Of a stretch of 64,000 nucleotides of DNA, positions 1-7,615 are shown piece by piece (the first letter of the stretch is position 1; every line of letters starts with the position of its first letter). Origin of the DNA: Planctomycetota bacterium. GTDB lineage: Bacteria > Planctomycetota > SZUA-567 > JAKLDR01. The translations under genes were made by a program, and so were the position numbers. The notes below the pieces were generated by a model that was not told the DNA's origin, made no database searches, and saw nothing but the letters and a program-made list of their open reading frames with translations. The stretch is taken from the NCBI GenBank assembly GCA_022703445.1, contig JAKLDR010000001.1:23884-87883 (forward strand), in the 5' to 3' direction.

Positions 1-1046
1 GTGCTGAGCGGACCGGTCTCGAGCGTCTTCCAGGGCTGGAGTTCGCTTTTGCCGTCGAGGTCCATGGAGTAGACCGTTCCCGGCAGCCAGTCGGGGTTGA
101 CCGGCTTGCCGTCCGAGCCCGTCTTGCAGTAGGCCAGCGTGGCGTAGACCTTCTTCCCGTCGGGGCTGACCGCCATGTTGGTGTCGCCGCCGGCGCGCTG
201 ACTGCCGGGGAGCGGCTTCTTGCCGTTCCACTGGCGCTCCGGGCCGACCAGACGCGAGAACGGGATCCTGCCCTCCCAGGCGCCGCCGTCCCGGTCGAAG
301 CGATACACGTAGCTGCCATTGGCCAGGAAGATGCCGTTCTCCGCGCTGGTCGAGCCCATCATCAGATTGGCGTTCTTCCAGTCCAGAGGCAGGCAGTAGG
401 GGTAGACGTCCGAGTAGTTCTTCATCACCGGACGCTTGCCGGCCTCGTCCCAGTAGGAGAAGGCCTCGACCTTCTCGCGGGGCAGGTTAACCGGGAAGGG
501 GATGATGGTCTTGAGGTACTTGCCGTCCTTGTCGAAGACCTGGCAGTAGTACGAGCCGTATCCGAAGCTCTGGCTGACCACGTAGAGGTGCCCGCCCTTG
601 TCGGTGGCCATGCCCCGCACCGCGGCGATCATGTAGGGGCTGTCCGAGACCGTCCGGCCGAATTTGACGCCCAGCCCGGCGCGCACCCGGACCTTGAAGG
701 GTCCGCCCGCCGCCGGTTTCCCGAAGTCGTCGCGCGCATCCCACTCGAGCGCCTGGGCCAGCCCCGCCTTGAGAGGCTCGGGGGGAGGATTGGCGCCGCC
801 GAGCACGCCGGCGGCCAGGTGGCGGACCACCTTGCCGTCGGCGCCGAGCACGGCCACCTCCACGTCGGTCGGGGCGGCGAGGGTGAAGGCGATCTTCACC
901 TTGTCGCCGGCCTTCTCGGCCGAGGGCTTGGCGGAGAACTGTGCATCGCCGCCGCAGGCGGGGACGGCGCACAACACCACGGCCACGGCCACGGCCACGG
1001 CCAGGGCCAGGGCTGGCATTGTCGGGAGCGCTGCTGAGAGTTTCAT
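1..1046 (-). CDS. Secreted NHL-type beta-propeller family protein, paralog a (N-terminal ~348 codons; 3' end lies beyond the window edge)
   Basis: Absent from the ORF track because it is open at the window edge. Reverse-strand translation from ATG 1046..1044 gives MKLSAALPTMPALALAVAVAVAVVLCAVPACGGDAQFSAKPSAEKAGDKVKIAFTLAAPTDVEVAVLGADGKVVRHLAAGVLGG..PEPLKAGLAQALEWDARDDFGKPAAGGPFKVRVRAGLG... This is colinear with the N-termini of 13345..15873, 23137..25692, 32332..34944 and 36348..39059. I checked bases 3-440 codon by codon and found no in-frame stop; the rest was read by eye. ATGA start/stop overlap with the regulator at 1043..2140. Confidence 0.8.
   Translation of the reverse strand, partial: MKLSAALPTMPALALAVAVAVAVVLCAVPACGGDAQFSAKPSAEKAGDKVKIAFTLAAPTDVEVAVLGADGKVVRHLAAGVLGGANPPPEPLKAGLAQALEWDARDDFGKPAAGGPFKVRVRAGLGVKFGRTVSDSPYMIAAVRGMATDKGGHLYVVSQSFGYGSYYCQVFDKDGKYLKTIIPFPVNLPREKVEAFSYWDEAGKRPVMKNYSDVYPYCLPLDWKNANLMMGSTSAENGIFLANGSYVYRFDRDGGAWEGRIPFSRLVGPERQWNGKKPLPGSQRAGGDTNMAVSPDGKKVYATLAYCKTGSDGKPVNPDWLPGTVYSMDLDGKSELQPWKTLETGPLS
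978..1013. repeat. In-frame hexanucleotide tandem repeat (CACGGC x4 + CAGGGC x2) inside the signal-peptide coding region of paralog a
   Basis: Direct reading: cacggc cacggc cacggc cacggc cagggc cagggc. On the minus strand it encodes the LALAVAVAVAV hydrophobic core. Confidence 0.6.
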
Positions 1047-2140
1047 TTCCGTCCCTCCTCTTGGCGCAGCCAGGTCGCCACACTCAGGCGCAGCGGCGCC
1101 ATCCCCGGGCGGGCGCGGCGCTCGGCGAGGCGTGCCACCGCGGCCTCGGCCAATGCCGCCATGCTCCAGTTGATCGCTGCCGGGACGGCGCCCGGCGCGA
1201 AGTGCGGCAGCCAGCCGTCGGCATACTGCTCGTCGGCGCACCAGCCGACTAGCTTCACGTCGCGACCAATCTCCAGGCCCAGGTCCCGGGCGGCCGCGGC
1301 GACCTCCAGGGCGGCGCCGCGCCAGAGGGCCAGAATCCCGTCGGGTCGGTCGGCGCGGGAGAGCAGCTTCTTCGCCGCCGCTCGCGCATCCGCCTCCGAC
1401 ACCTCGGCGATGTTCGCTTCGGGGAGGTCCACGCCGGCCTTCCGCAGCGCCATGCTCGCGCCCGAGAAGCGGTCCATGCTGTGGACGCTCTCGGTTACCA
1501 GCCCCACCCAGCCCACCCGCCGGCAGCCCGCGGCCACGAGGTGCCCCGCGGCGAGCATCCCGCCGAGCGCGTTGTCCTGGAGCACGGTGTCGCAGTCCGC
1601 CTCGGGGTGCCAGGCGTCAACCATCACCGCGGCCAGGCCAGCTTTGCGGACCAGCCTGACCAGCTCCGGGCTGTGGACGTCAACGATCACGCCCCAGGCG
1701 CGGCTGGAACGGCACTGCTCGATGACGGCCTCGGCGGAGAGCTCCTTGGCGCCGGTGCCGAGGAGCGACCAGCCGCGGCGCGCGGCCGCATCCTGGAGGG
1801 AGGACAGCAGCAGGCGGTTGAAGCCGGTCCACTCGCCGCCGGGCATCTGCGCGGATAACACGTAGGCGATCGGGCAGCCGCGGTCCGGGTCGTTGGCGCG
1901 GGCCAGCACGCGGTAGCCGTGGCGGGAGTGGGCCGCGACCAGCCCCTCGGCCTCGAGCGTCTTGAGCGCCCGCCAGGCGGTCCCCGCCGACGTGCCGTGT
2001 TCCTCGCTCAGGCTCCGGACTGTCGGCGCGAACTGCCCCGGCGAGAGCTTGCCCGAGAGGATCCGCTGGCGCAGCGTCACGACCAGCGACCCCGACCCGC
2101 GGCCCATCCTGGCTGGCTCTGGTGTGCCTTTTCTTTTCAT
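1043..2140 (-). CDS. Transcriptional regulator R1, GntR-type winged HTH fused to a LacI/PBP1-like sugar-binding domain
   Basis: ORF 1043..2197 trimmed to MKRKGTPEP. HTH segment: PTVRSLSEEHGTSAGTAWRALKTLEAEGLVAAHSRHGYRV. The C-terminal region has PBP-like alternating beta-alpha segments (IAYVLS.., GVIVDV.., AVMVDA.., VGWVG..). Its stop overlaps the start of the downstream NHL paralog (ATGA). Confidence 0.85.
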   Translation of the reverse strand: MKRKGTPEPARMGRGSGSLVVTLRQRILSGKLSPGQFAPTVRSLSEEHGTSAGTAWRALKTLEAEGLVAAHSRHGYRVLARANDPDRGCPIAYVLSAQMPGGEWTGFNRLLLSSLQDAAARRGWSLLGTGAKELSAEAVIEQCRSSRAWGVIVDVHSPELVRLVRKAGLAAVMVDAWHPEADCDTVLQDNALGGMLAAGHLVAAGCRRVGWVGLVTESVHSMDRFSGASMALRKAGVDLPEANIAEVSEADARAAAKKLLSRADRPDGILALWRGAALEVAAAARDLGLEIGRDVKLVGWCADEQYADGWLPHFAPGAVPAAINWSMAALAEAAVARLAERRARPGMAPLRLSVATWLRQEEGRK

Positions 2141-2300
2141 GCGGTGTGCTCCTGGTGTCACATACACCGCATGAGCTGCGTAGTTTGCAGGAATCATGAA
2201 ATCAGTATCGAGTCGTCCAAGATACGTGTTAGCGTAATATGCGACGATGAAGACGGCGTCTCAACCTATAGTTCGCCATTTGCACCCTGGTGCCTAAGCC

Positions 2301-2480
2301 TCACTGCACTCCGCAGCTTTCCTCCGCCTTCCAGGTCGGGTCGAGGCCCACGACGCGGCGGTTGGCGCTGTCGCCCACGTAGATGTGCTTGTAGAAGGCC
2401 TTGGCCGCCACCGGATAGGCGAGCTGGACCGGAGCGCCATTGCAGCGCGATCCAAAGCGATGATGACCCAAGCGGAAATT
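2301..2480 (-). pseudogene. Relic of the 3' end (~60 codons) of an NHL-type propeller paralog
   Basis: Minus-strand ORF 2301..2546 ends with GNFRLGHHRFGSRCNGAPVQLAYPVAAKAFYKHIYVGDSANRRVVGLDPTWKAEESCGVQ. This aligns with the family C-termini, e.g. NFLTSFGERGSADDRGPAIRFAPARSVAASSRAVYVGDAGNARVVRLRTDYAAKATFPITP (32332..34944) and ..VRVKLSYAAEETCALP (13345..15873). The other ~800 codons of the family are absent, and the + strand gene at 2546 starts where the relic breaks off. Confidence 0.55.
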
Positions 2481-2545
2481 CCCTGGCGGAGCCGGGTCCG
2501 ACTGGGCACAATGGAGCCCGTTGCGCGCCGCAGGGCGCGTTGGCA

Positions 2546-3247
2546 ATGGAGGGCAGTGCCGTGCGTATCTCTGCGAGAATTGCCGTGGTGAGTCTGGTCG
2601 CCCTATGGCTGGGTTGGGGGAGCGCCGCCCTGGCGGCCACTACTGTCACCGTCAATGGTCGGAAGCTCACGCCGCAGGAGCAGGAGGCGTGGCTGAAGCG
2701 GCAGAAGGAGGAGGCGGAGAAGCACCAGCTGCCGCCGCTCAAGTGGCTCGAGCTCGAGCCCGGCCTGGCCGAGGCCAAGGGGGGCGGCAAGCCGGCCGCT
2801 GTTCTCTTCTGCACGAGGGAGTACAAGGGCGCGGCCACGTTCGAGGGAGAGGCGCTGCGCAAGGCCCTGACCGCCTCGGGGGCCGTCACCATCCGCGTTC
2901 TGCCGCCGGAGGCGCCGCGGGTCCACGCCGGGGCTACCGCCGACGAGGTCCGCCAACTGCAGGAGCAGTTCAACGCGACGGTCAAGAACTACCAGGCCAC
3001 GCTGGCCAGGTACGGAGTGACCAACGGCCCGGCCCTCGTCTTCCTGACCTCCGACGGCGAAGTGCTCGGCTCGCTGGTTTCCCCCGGCGACCATGACGTG
3101 AGCAAGGTGCTCGCCAACCTTCCCAAGACCATCGAGGAGTTCAAGGCGGCCAAGGCTGCGGCGGAGAAGGCCAGAGCGGGGGCTGGAGGCGGCGCCGGAG
3201 CCGGCGCCGACAAGGCCGGGGCCGCGGCGGGCAAGCCCGGCGGCTGA
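2546..3247 (+). CDS. Secreted hypothetical protein, possibly thioredoxin-fold but lacking a CxxC motif
   Basis: ORF 1919..3247 trimmed to MEGSAVRISARIAVVSLVALWLGWGSAALAA (signal peptide). The upstream 209 codons are Arg/Pro-rich and overlap the divergent regulator. The pattern KPAAVLFCT...GPALVFLTSDGEVLGSL resembles thioredoxin-like (DUF255-type) folds; this call is tentative. Ala/Gly/Lys-rich tail. Confidence 0.7.
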   Translation: MEGSAVRISARIAVVSLVALWLGWGSAALAATTVTVNGRKLTPQEQEAWLKRQKEEAEKHQLPPLKWLELEPGLAEAKGGGKPAAVLFCTREYKGAATFEGEALRKALTASGAVTIRVLPPEAPRVHAGATADEVRQLQEQFNATVKNYQATLARYGVTNGPALVFLTSDGEVLGSLVSPGDHDVSKVLANLPKTIEEFKAAKAAAEKARAGAGGGAGAGADKAGAAAGKPGG

Positions 3248-3303
3248 CGGCGCATCCGGGAGCCCGCCCCGGCCGGCTGCCAGCCGGGCAGTGAGACGCC
3301 AAT

Positions 3304-3339
3304 GAAAAGCCCCGGCCTCCATGGCCGGGGCTTCGTTTC
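3304..3339. terminator. Bidirectional intrinsic terminator between convergent genes
   Basis: gaaaAGCCCCGGCCtccatGGCCGGGGCTtcgtttc: a 10-bp GC stem with a 5-nt loop, flanked by an A-run on the left and a T-rich tract on the right. It therefore reads as hairpin plus U-tract on both strands. Confidence 0.65.
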
Positions 3340-3359
3340 AGACCTGATCGGAGAGCGGT

Positions 3360-4127
3360 TCAGAACGCCTCGCCCTGGTCTCCGGGGATCGGCGCCGGGG
3401 CCTGCGGCTGAGCGCCGCCGCGGTTGCCGCGGTTGCCGCGGCCGCCGAAGTTGCCGGGCCCGCCGACATCGCCGGGGCCGCCGCCGAAGTTGCCGCGTCC
3501 GCCCTGGTAGTCGTACTCGAGCTCGTTGGATCTGATCCTGCCGCTCCAGGCTTTCACGCCGGGGAGGACCTCGTCCTTGGCCGGCACGTCGACCTCGAAG
3601 CGCAGCACGTACTTGCCGTCCGCCGGGAAGCGCACCAGGCCGGCGATGGGCTGCTCCACGACCTGCCCGGGCTTGAGCACCACCAGGGTTATGGGCTTGT
3701 CTTCGCGCTTCGCGTCCTCGGCGGGCTTCACGAAGATGCGGACCGGGCCGACCTCCATGCCAGTGGGCTCGTTGCCGCCGGGGCCGCCGCGCCCGCCGAA
3801 GCCGCCGCCCTCGGGCAGCGGGAAGTCCAGGACCACCGGCTTGTCGCCGACGTTCTTGAGCTGGAGAGTGGGCTGCTTGATCTTGCGCTCCACGGCGTTG
3901 TCGCCTCCGCCCATCCGGAAGGTGCGCTCCTTCAGGATCAGCGTGGCCTGGAGACCGCCGGCCACCTGCTCCGCCTTGACCTCCGGAGCCGCGGGCTTGT
4001 CCGCGACCGGAGCCGCCGGGCCTTCGCCGGCTGCCGCCAGGCCGCCCGTCGGCGATGCCGCCAGGGCCAGACCGAGGAACGCCATCCCGAGCGACACCCG
4101 CTGCCAGGATCCGATGAGTGCGCGCAT
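3360..4127 (-). CDS. Secreted hypothetical protein with Gly/Arg-rich (RGG/GNFGG) low-complexity segments
   Basis: The 255-aa ORF has a signal peptide ending ..LAAAGE|GPAAP. Internal GGGFGGRGGPGG, and C-terminal GGRGNFGGGPGDVGGPGNFGGRGNRGNRGG. The middle section reads as beta-rich. Confidence 0.7.
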   Translation of the reverse strand: MRALIGSWQRVSLGMAFLGLALAASPTGGLAAAGEGPAAPVADKPAAPEVKAEQVAGGLQATLILKERTFRMGGGDNAVERKIKQPTLQLKNVGDKPVVLDFPLPEGGGFGGRGGPGGNEPTGMEVGPVRIFVKPAEDAKREDKPITLVVLKPGQVVEQPIAGLVRFPADGKYVLRFEVDVPAKDEVLPGVKAWSGRIRSNELEYDYQGGRGNFGGGPGDVGGPGNFGGRGNRGNRGGAQPQAPAPIPGDQGEAF

Positions 4128-4222
4128 GCCTGGAATCCTCCCCTGCTCAAGTCAAAGCCGCCGGTCTACGTGCCGGCGGACGCCCAGATGTACCGATGCC
4201 CCGCCACTGCCGGGCTGCTGGA

Positions 4223-4654
4223 CTATTGGGCGCCCGGCGCGGGCGATAACCGGGAAAAGCCGGCTTTCGAACGGAGCCGGCGGACCCCAGGCCTCCAAAC
4301 TGGCGGGAACTCCCGAAGCGTATCGCGGGCTATCGCCTCCAATTCGGGGTTGCCGCTCCTGGCCTTCTCATCCAGCAGGGATCGGCCGATGAGGTGGGGG
4401 AAGTTCACCAGACCCGACGCGATCTCATCGCAGAGCGGGATGTCTTCGTCGTCCCAGCAACCGACCAACACCTTCGACATCTCCTCGTGCACATCGGGCC
4501 GGACCTTGGCGTATCCGATGCGCATAATCAACTCGCTGACCGCCCCCACCGCCTGGGATGATGACATCCCCGGGCGTTCGATGAAGAAACGCCTGATGGC
4601 CTGATCAAGAGCCTTCTCATCCAAAACAAAAGGAAGTCGCGCGAAATCGGTCAC
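4223..4654 (-). CDS. Hypothetical small cytoplasmic protein (143 aa)
   Basis: Clean ORF in the lower-GC island, directly downstream of and co-oriented with the HEAT-repeat gene. No family recognised. The last ~30 residues (Arg/Pro-rich) may be read-through, so the true stop or boundary is uncertain. Confidence 0.55.
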   Translation of the reverse strand: MTDFARLPFVLDEKALDQAIRRFFIERPGMSSSQAVGAVSELIMRIGYAKVRPDVHEEMSKVLVGCWDDEDIPLCDEIASGLVNFPHLIGRSLLDEKARSGNPELEAIARDTLREFPPVWRPGVRRLRSKAGFSRLSPAPGAQ

Positions 4655-4889
4655 TGCGCATCATCCTTGCTCGGCGCAACCAGCAGGACGGTCGGTATGG
4701 GGTCGGATCTGGCCTCGTCGCAGAGCCCTTGGGGGCTTGCGGCGGCGACGAGGACGAGGGCCAGGACGGCCCTCAGTCTCCGCGTTTCTGATCGCCAGCC
4801 GCGTCATCTTGCGCCTTCTTCTCGGCCTCCGAACCGGCCACAGGTCGCTGAGCCTCTACAACGGTCACAGTTAGCCGGGCCGCTACAAG

Positions 4890-7169
4890 CTACATAGTAC
4901 CAATAGCCAGGACCTTGTTGTGCCCCCCAAAATGCATCTTGAGCACCCCCATCATCTTCGCGCGGGTCCCAGGGTCTGGCTCGTTTTTCGCTCGCTCAAT
5001 GACAAGATCCAGCGAGGCTTCCCCGCCAATATTCGCTACGGCCTCAAGAGCTGCCGACCGTACGATGGCGCTATCGTCCTCTAGGAGACTCTTCAGCACA
5101 GGTAACGCCCTCTCCACGCCAGCAGAAGCGCCGAGCGCTTTGGCAGCCTCAAACCGCACGGACGCATCCGAAGCCTTAGCGGCCTTTTCTGCCAACGCCA
5201 AGGCCCGTTCTTCAGTAAGCCCCCGTAGCGCCATGACCGCGCTTTCGCGCACGTCAAGAGCCCCATCATCCAACAATCTTTCAACCACGGGCAATACCCT
5301 TGCCCCTCCAGCCTTGCGCATCGCATATACCGCTGCAGCACGGACACCCCGATACTCGTCCTTGGCAAGGGCCTCCAAGACTCTCATGGTCTTCTCGTCC
5401 GGGAAGAAGCGCAGAGCGTGTATTGCAGCAATCTTGGCAGCCACGCTTTCTGCGGCCACAGCCTCCTCCAGTAGGGTTCGGGCCCGACGGTCCGAAACCA
5501 TCCCCAGTGCAGTATAGACGCTAGCCCGGGTGGATGCGTCATCGTCCAGCCGGAGCTTGCCGAGAAGGGCCAAAGCCTCATCCTTTGCTACTCGACCCAA
5601 TTGGAGAATCGCATCGCCTCGTACCGAATCGGCGGGGTCCACAAGGGCCTTCTGGACCCACGGTGCAGCCCCTATTGTCTTGATACCGTAGATCGCCCAG
5701 AACACCTCTCGCCTTACACCATCAGAAGCATCACGTGTCATTCCCTCCAGCAGCACAAGCGCCTCTTTGCCACCAATTCTGCTGAGAGCCGATGCGGCGC
5801 CACATCGAATAGTCTCCTCGGGACTCGAACAGCCCTTCCTGATGGACGCCAAGGCCTTTTCGTTGCCAATATTCCCCAGCGCCATGACGGCAGCACAACG
5901 TATGCTCTTATCTTCTACCTCATCGGCAACCATCCTGCAAAGCAACGCTGTTGCCCGCTCGTCACCTATAGCGCCAAGTTCACCGGCGATTGCGGCCCTC
6001 AGATCTTCATTCTTCGAGAGCTTCTCCAGCAGAAGACGCGCCCCATCCCCGCCGACCTCGCCCAATGCGGCGATTACGTCTAGCCGCACTCTGGGGTCGT
6101 CGTCCGCCGCGATCGGCTCCAGCAATTGCAACACAGTTGCGCCACCGACTCCCAATGCTCGTATTGCGCATCGCCTCACGGCCCGATCTGGATCGCCTGT
6201 AGCGTTCCTGATAATCTCCAGCGCACGACCTCCACCAACACGGGCAAGCGCCTGGACGGTCGATGCGCGAACTGTCGAATCAGTGTCTTTCATCTGCCTT
6301 TCCAGGATGGGGAGCGCCTTTGCAGCAGGGAGTCCTCCCAAGGCTTTGGTTGCAGCGCATCGAACCCGCACGTTCGGACTGGTTGCCAATAATTCAAGCA
6401 ACGGCAGTGCCTGGGCGTTACCGATCACTCCCAGAGCAGCCACGGCCTCCTCGCGTACGCTCACATCCTCATAATGACGTGCTATATCCAACAGCAGACC
6501 GATGCCCTTGTCGCCACCTACGAGTCCCGCTACGACAAAACCCAGTCTTCTCAGGCCCAAAATCGCCGTGCGCGAAAGCTCGACATCCTCCCGTTGTGAT
6601 GCAGCCTCTACAAGATGCATCACGAGCCTGACATCGCCAGCCAATCCGGCCAGGAACGCAGCCTCTCGCTTGGCAGCAGGATCGCCGGACTTGAACCCGG
6701 CGCTCACCCTCCGAACCTCTTCCTCTTTTGCCTGCATGTACAGCACAGCCCCACGACCGTCTTGAGACCACCACACGGCAAGGCCATTGAAGGCTGCAAC
6801 CTCGGAAATCAGCTGCCTTGAGGTCATTGGGCGAAACCGGGCATGGCTGGGCACAATAGGGTCATGGTAGTCGAACATCACCGCCACGCGGCACCGCTCC
6901 CGAAAGGCTTGCCCATCAAAGAGGGCATTGGCATTCCAGGTTCGGGATTCAACAGTCTCCTGCCCGGGACCCTCCTCTGCAGCAGCTGCGATCTGCAACC
7001 GCCCCTTCATGGTAAGAGCCGAATCCAGGAACCAGCAGGTGACGGCAACTGCCGCGGTCAAGGGCACGGCCGTCAACAACCTGCGCAGAGCGACAACAAG
7101 CCCACGCCGGAGGCATTCTTGTCCTCGCCTATGCTCCTGCCGTGAGCCGCCAGGGAGGCTAGCGTTCAT
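4890..7169 (-). CDS. Membrane-anchored HEAT-repeat (PBS-lyase-type) protein, 759 aa
   Basis: An N-terminal hydrophobic helix (LLTAVPLTAAVAVTCWFL) is followed by many ~31-residue repeats of the form D.d..VR..A..ALG.iG...Al..L, e.g. SPNVRVRCAATKALGGLPAAKALPILE and DPDRAVRRCAIRALGVGG. GC is visibly lower than in the flanks. Confidence 0.85.
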   Translation of the reverse strand: MNASLPGGSRQEHRRGQECLRRGLVVALRRLLTAVPLTAAVAVTCWFLDSALTMKGRLQIAAAAEEGPGQETVESRTWNANALFDGQAFRERCRVAVMFDYHDPIVPSHARFRPMTSRQLISEVAAFNGLAVWWSQDGRGAVLYMQAKEEEVRRVSAGFKSGDPAAKREAAFLAGLAGDVRLVMHLVEAASQREDVELSRTAILGLRRLGFVVAGLVGGDKGIGLLLDIARHYEDVSVREEAVAALGVIGNAQALPLLELLATSPNVRVRCAATKALGGLPAAKALPILERQMKDTDSTVRASTVQALARVGGGRALEIIRNATGDPDRAVRRCAIRALGVGGATVLQLLEPIAADDDPRVRLDVIAALGEVGGDGARLLLEKLSKNEDLRAAIAGELGAIGDERATALLCRMVADEVEDKSIRCAAVMALGNIGNEKALASIRKGCSSPEETIRCGAASALSRIGGKEALVLLEGMTRDASDGVRREVFWAIYGIKTIGAAPWVQKALVDPADSVRGDAILQLGRVAKDEALALLGKLRLDDDASTRASVYTALGMVSDRRARTLLEEAVAAESVAAKIAAIHALRFFPDEKTMRVLEALAKDEYRGVRAAAVYAMRKAGGARVLPVVERLLDDGALDVRESAVMALRGLTEERALALAEKAAKASDASVRFEAAKALGASAGVERALPVLKSLLEDDSAIVRSAALEAVANIGGEASLDLVIERAKNEPDPGTRAKMMGVLKMHFGGHNKVLAIGTM

Positions 7170-7544
7170 GCTGCTCCCTTCCGCAACGAATCTTGTTCCT
7201 GAACAACATCCCGTCCATCAGAAGTTCCGACCTCGTTGCCCAACCCTCGCCGTTCAAAATCATGCGGCTATGAGAGCGAACGCATCACGGCCGCAATCAT
7301 ATGGAAGTTCATGCTTTGTAGCAAGCCCTAACCGACCAACGCAAGATGGGCCGATGCCCGTGCTCCTCGTCCTCAGCGAGGCAGAGCCGAGCGGTCCTCA
7401 TCCATGATTCCTCGATTCCTCGCCAGGTTCGAGGACGAGAACGAGGACGAGAAGGAGAAAGAAGCTATTGAACGAGCGTAAGACACGCCATAACGATGTT
7501 TAAGAGTGGTTATCGGAATGTGTTGCGCTCATGTTCTAATAACC

Positions 7545-7610
7545 TAGCTATTTTATGAAAACCAATAGACATTTATGCCCGACCGGTGTACCACCCCCCA
7601 CCGGAGGATC
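7545..7610 (+). promoter_or_regulatory. Conserved 5' control region of regulator R2, duplicated at 40505..40569
   Basis: The block TAGCTATTnTAnnAAAnnAATAGACATTTATGnCCGACCGGTGTAnCnnCnnnCACCGGAGGATC is shared by both copies. It contains CTATT-N14-AATAG, a CCGGTG-N10-CACCGG stem whose loop differs between copies, and the GGAGGA ribosome-binding site. Confidence 0.5.
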
Positions 7611-7615
7611 GCAAC

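Noticed and set aside
1919-2545. N-terminal 209 codons of ORF 1919..3247
   Set aside because: This part overlaps the regulator on the other strand and the intergenic region. Its composition is Arg/Pro-rich. A proper signal peptide begins at the internal ATG at 2546, so the CDS was trimmed there.
7363-7451. Inverted repeat ctcctcgtcctc / gaggacgag(aac)gaggacgag, and a 25-codon mini-ORF (MIPRFLARFEDENEDEKEKEAIERA)
   Set aside because: Only ~9 bp pair perfectly, with a ~56-nt spacer. The mini-ORF has no ribosome-binding site that I can see and is too short to support as a feature.
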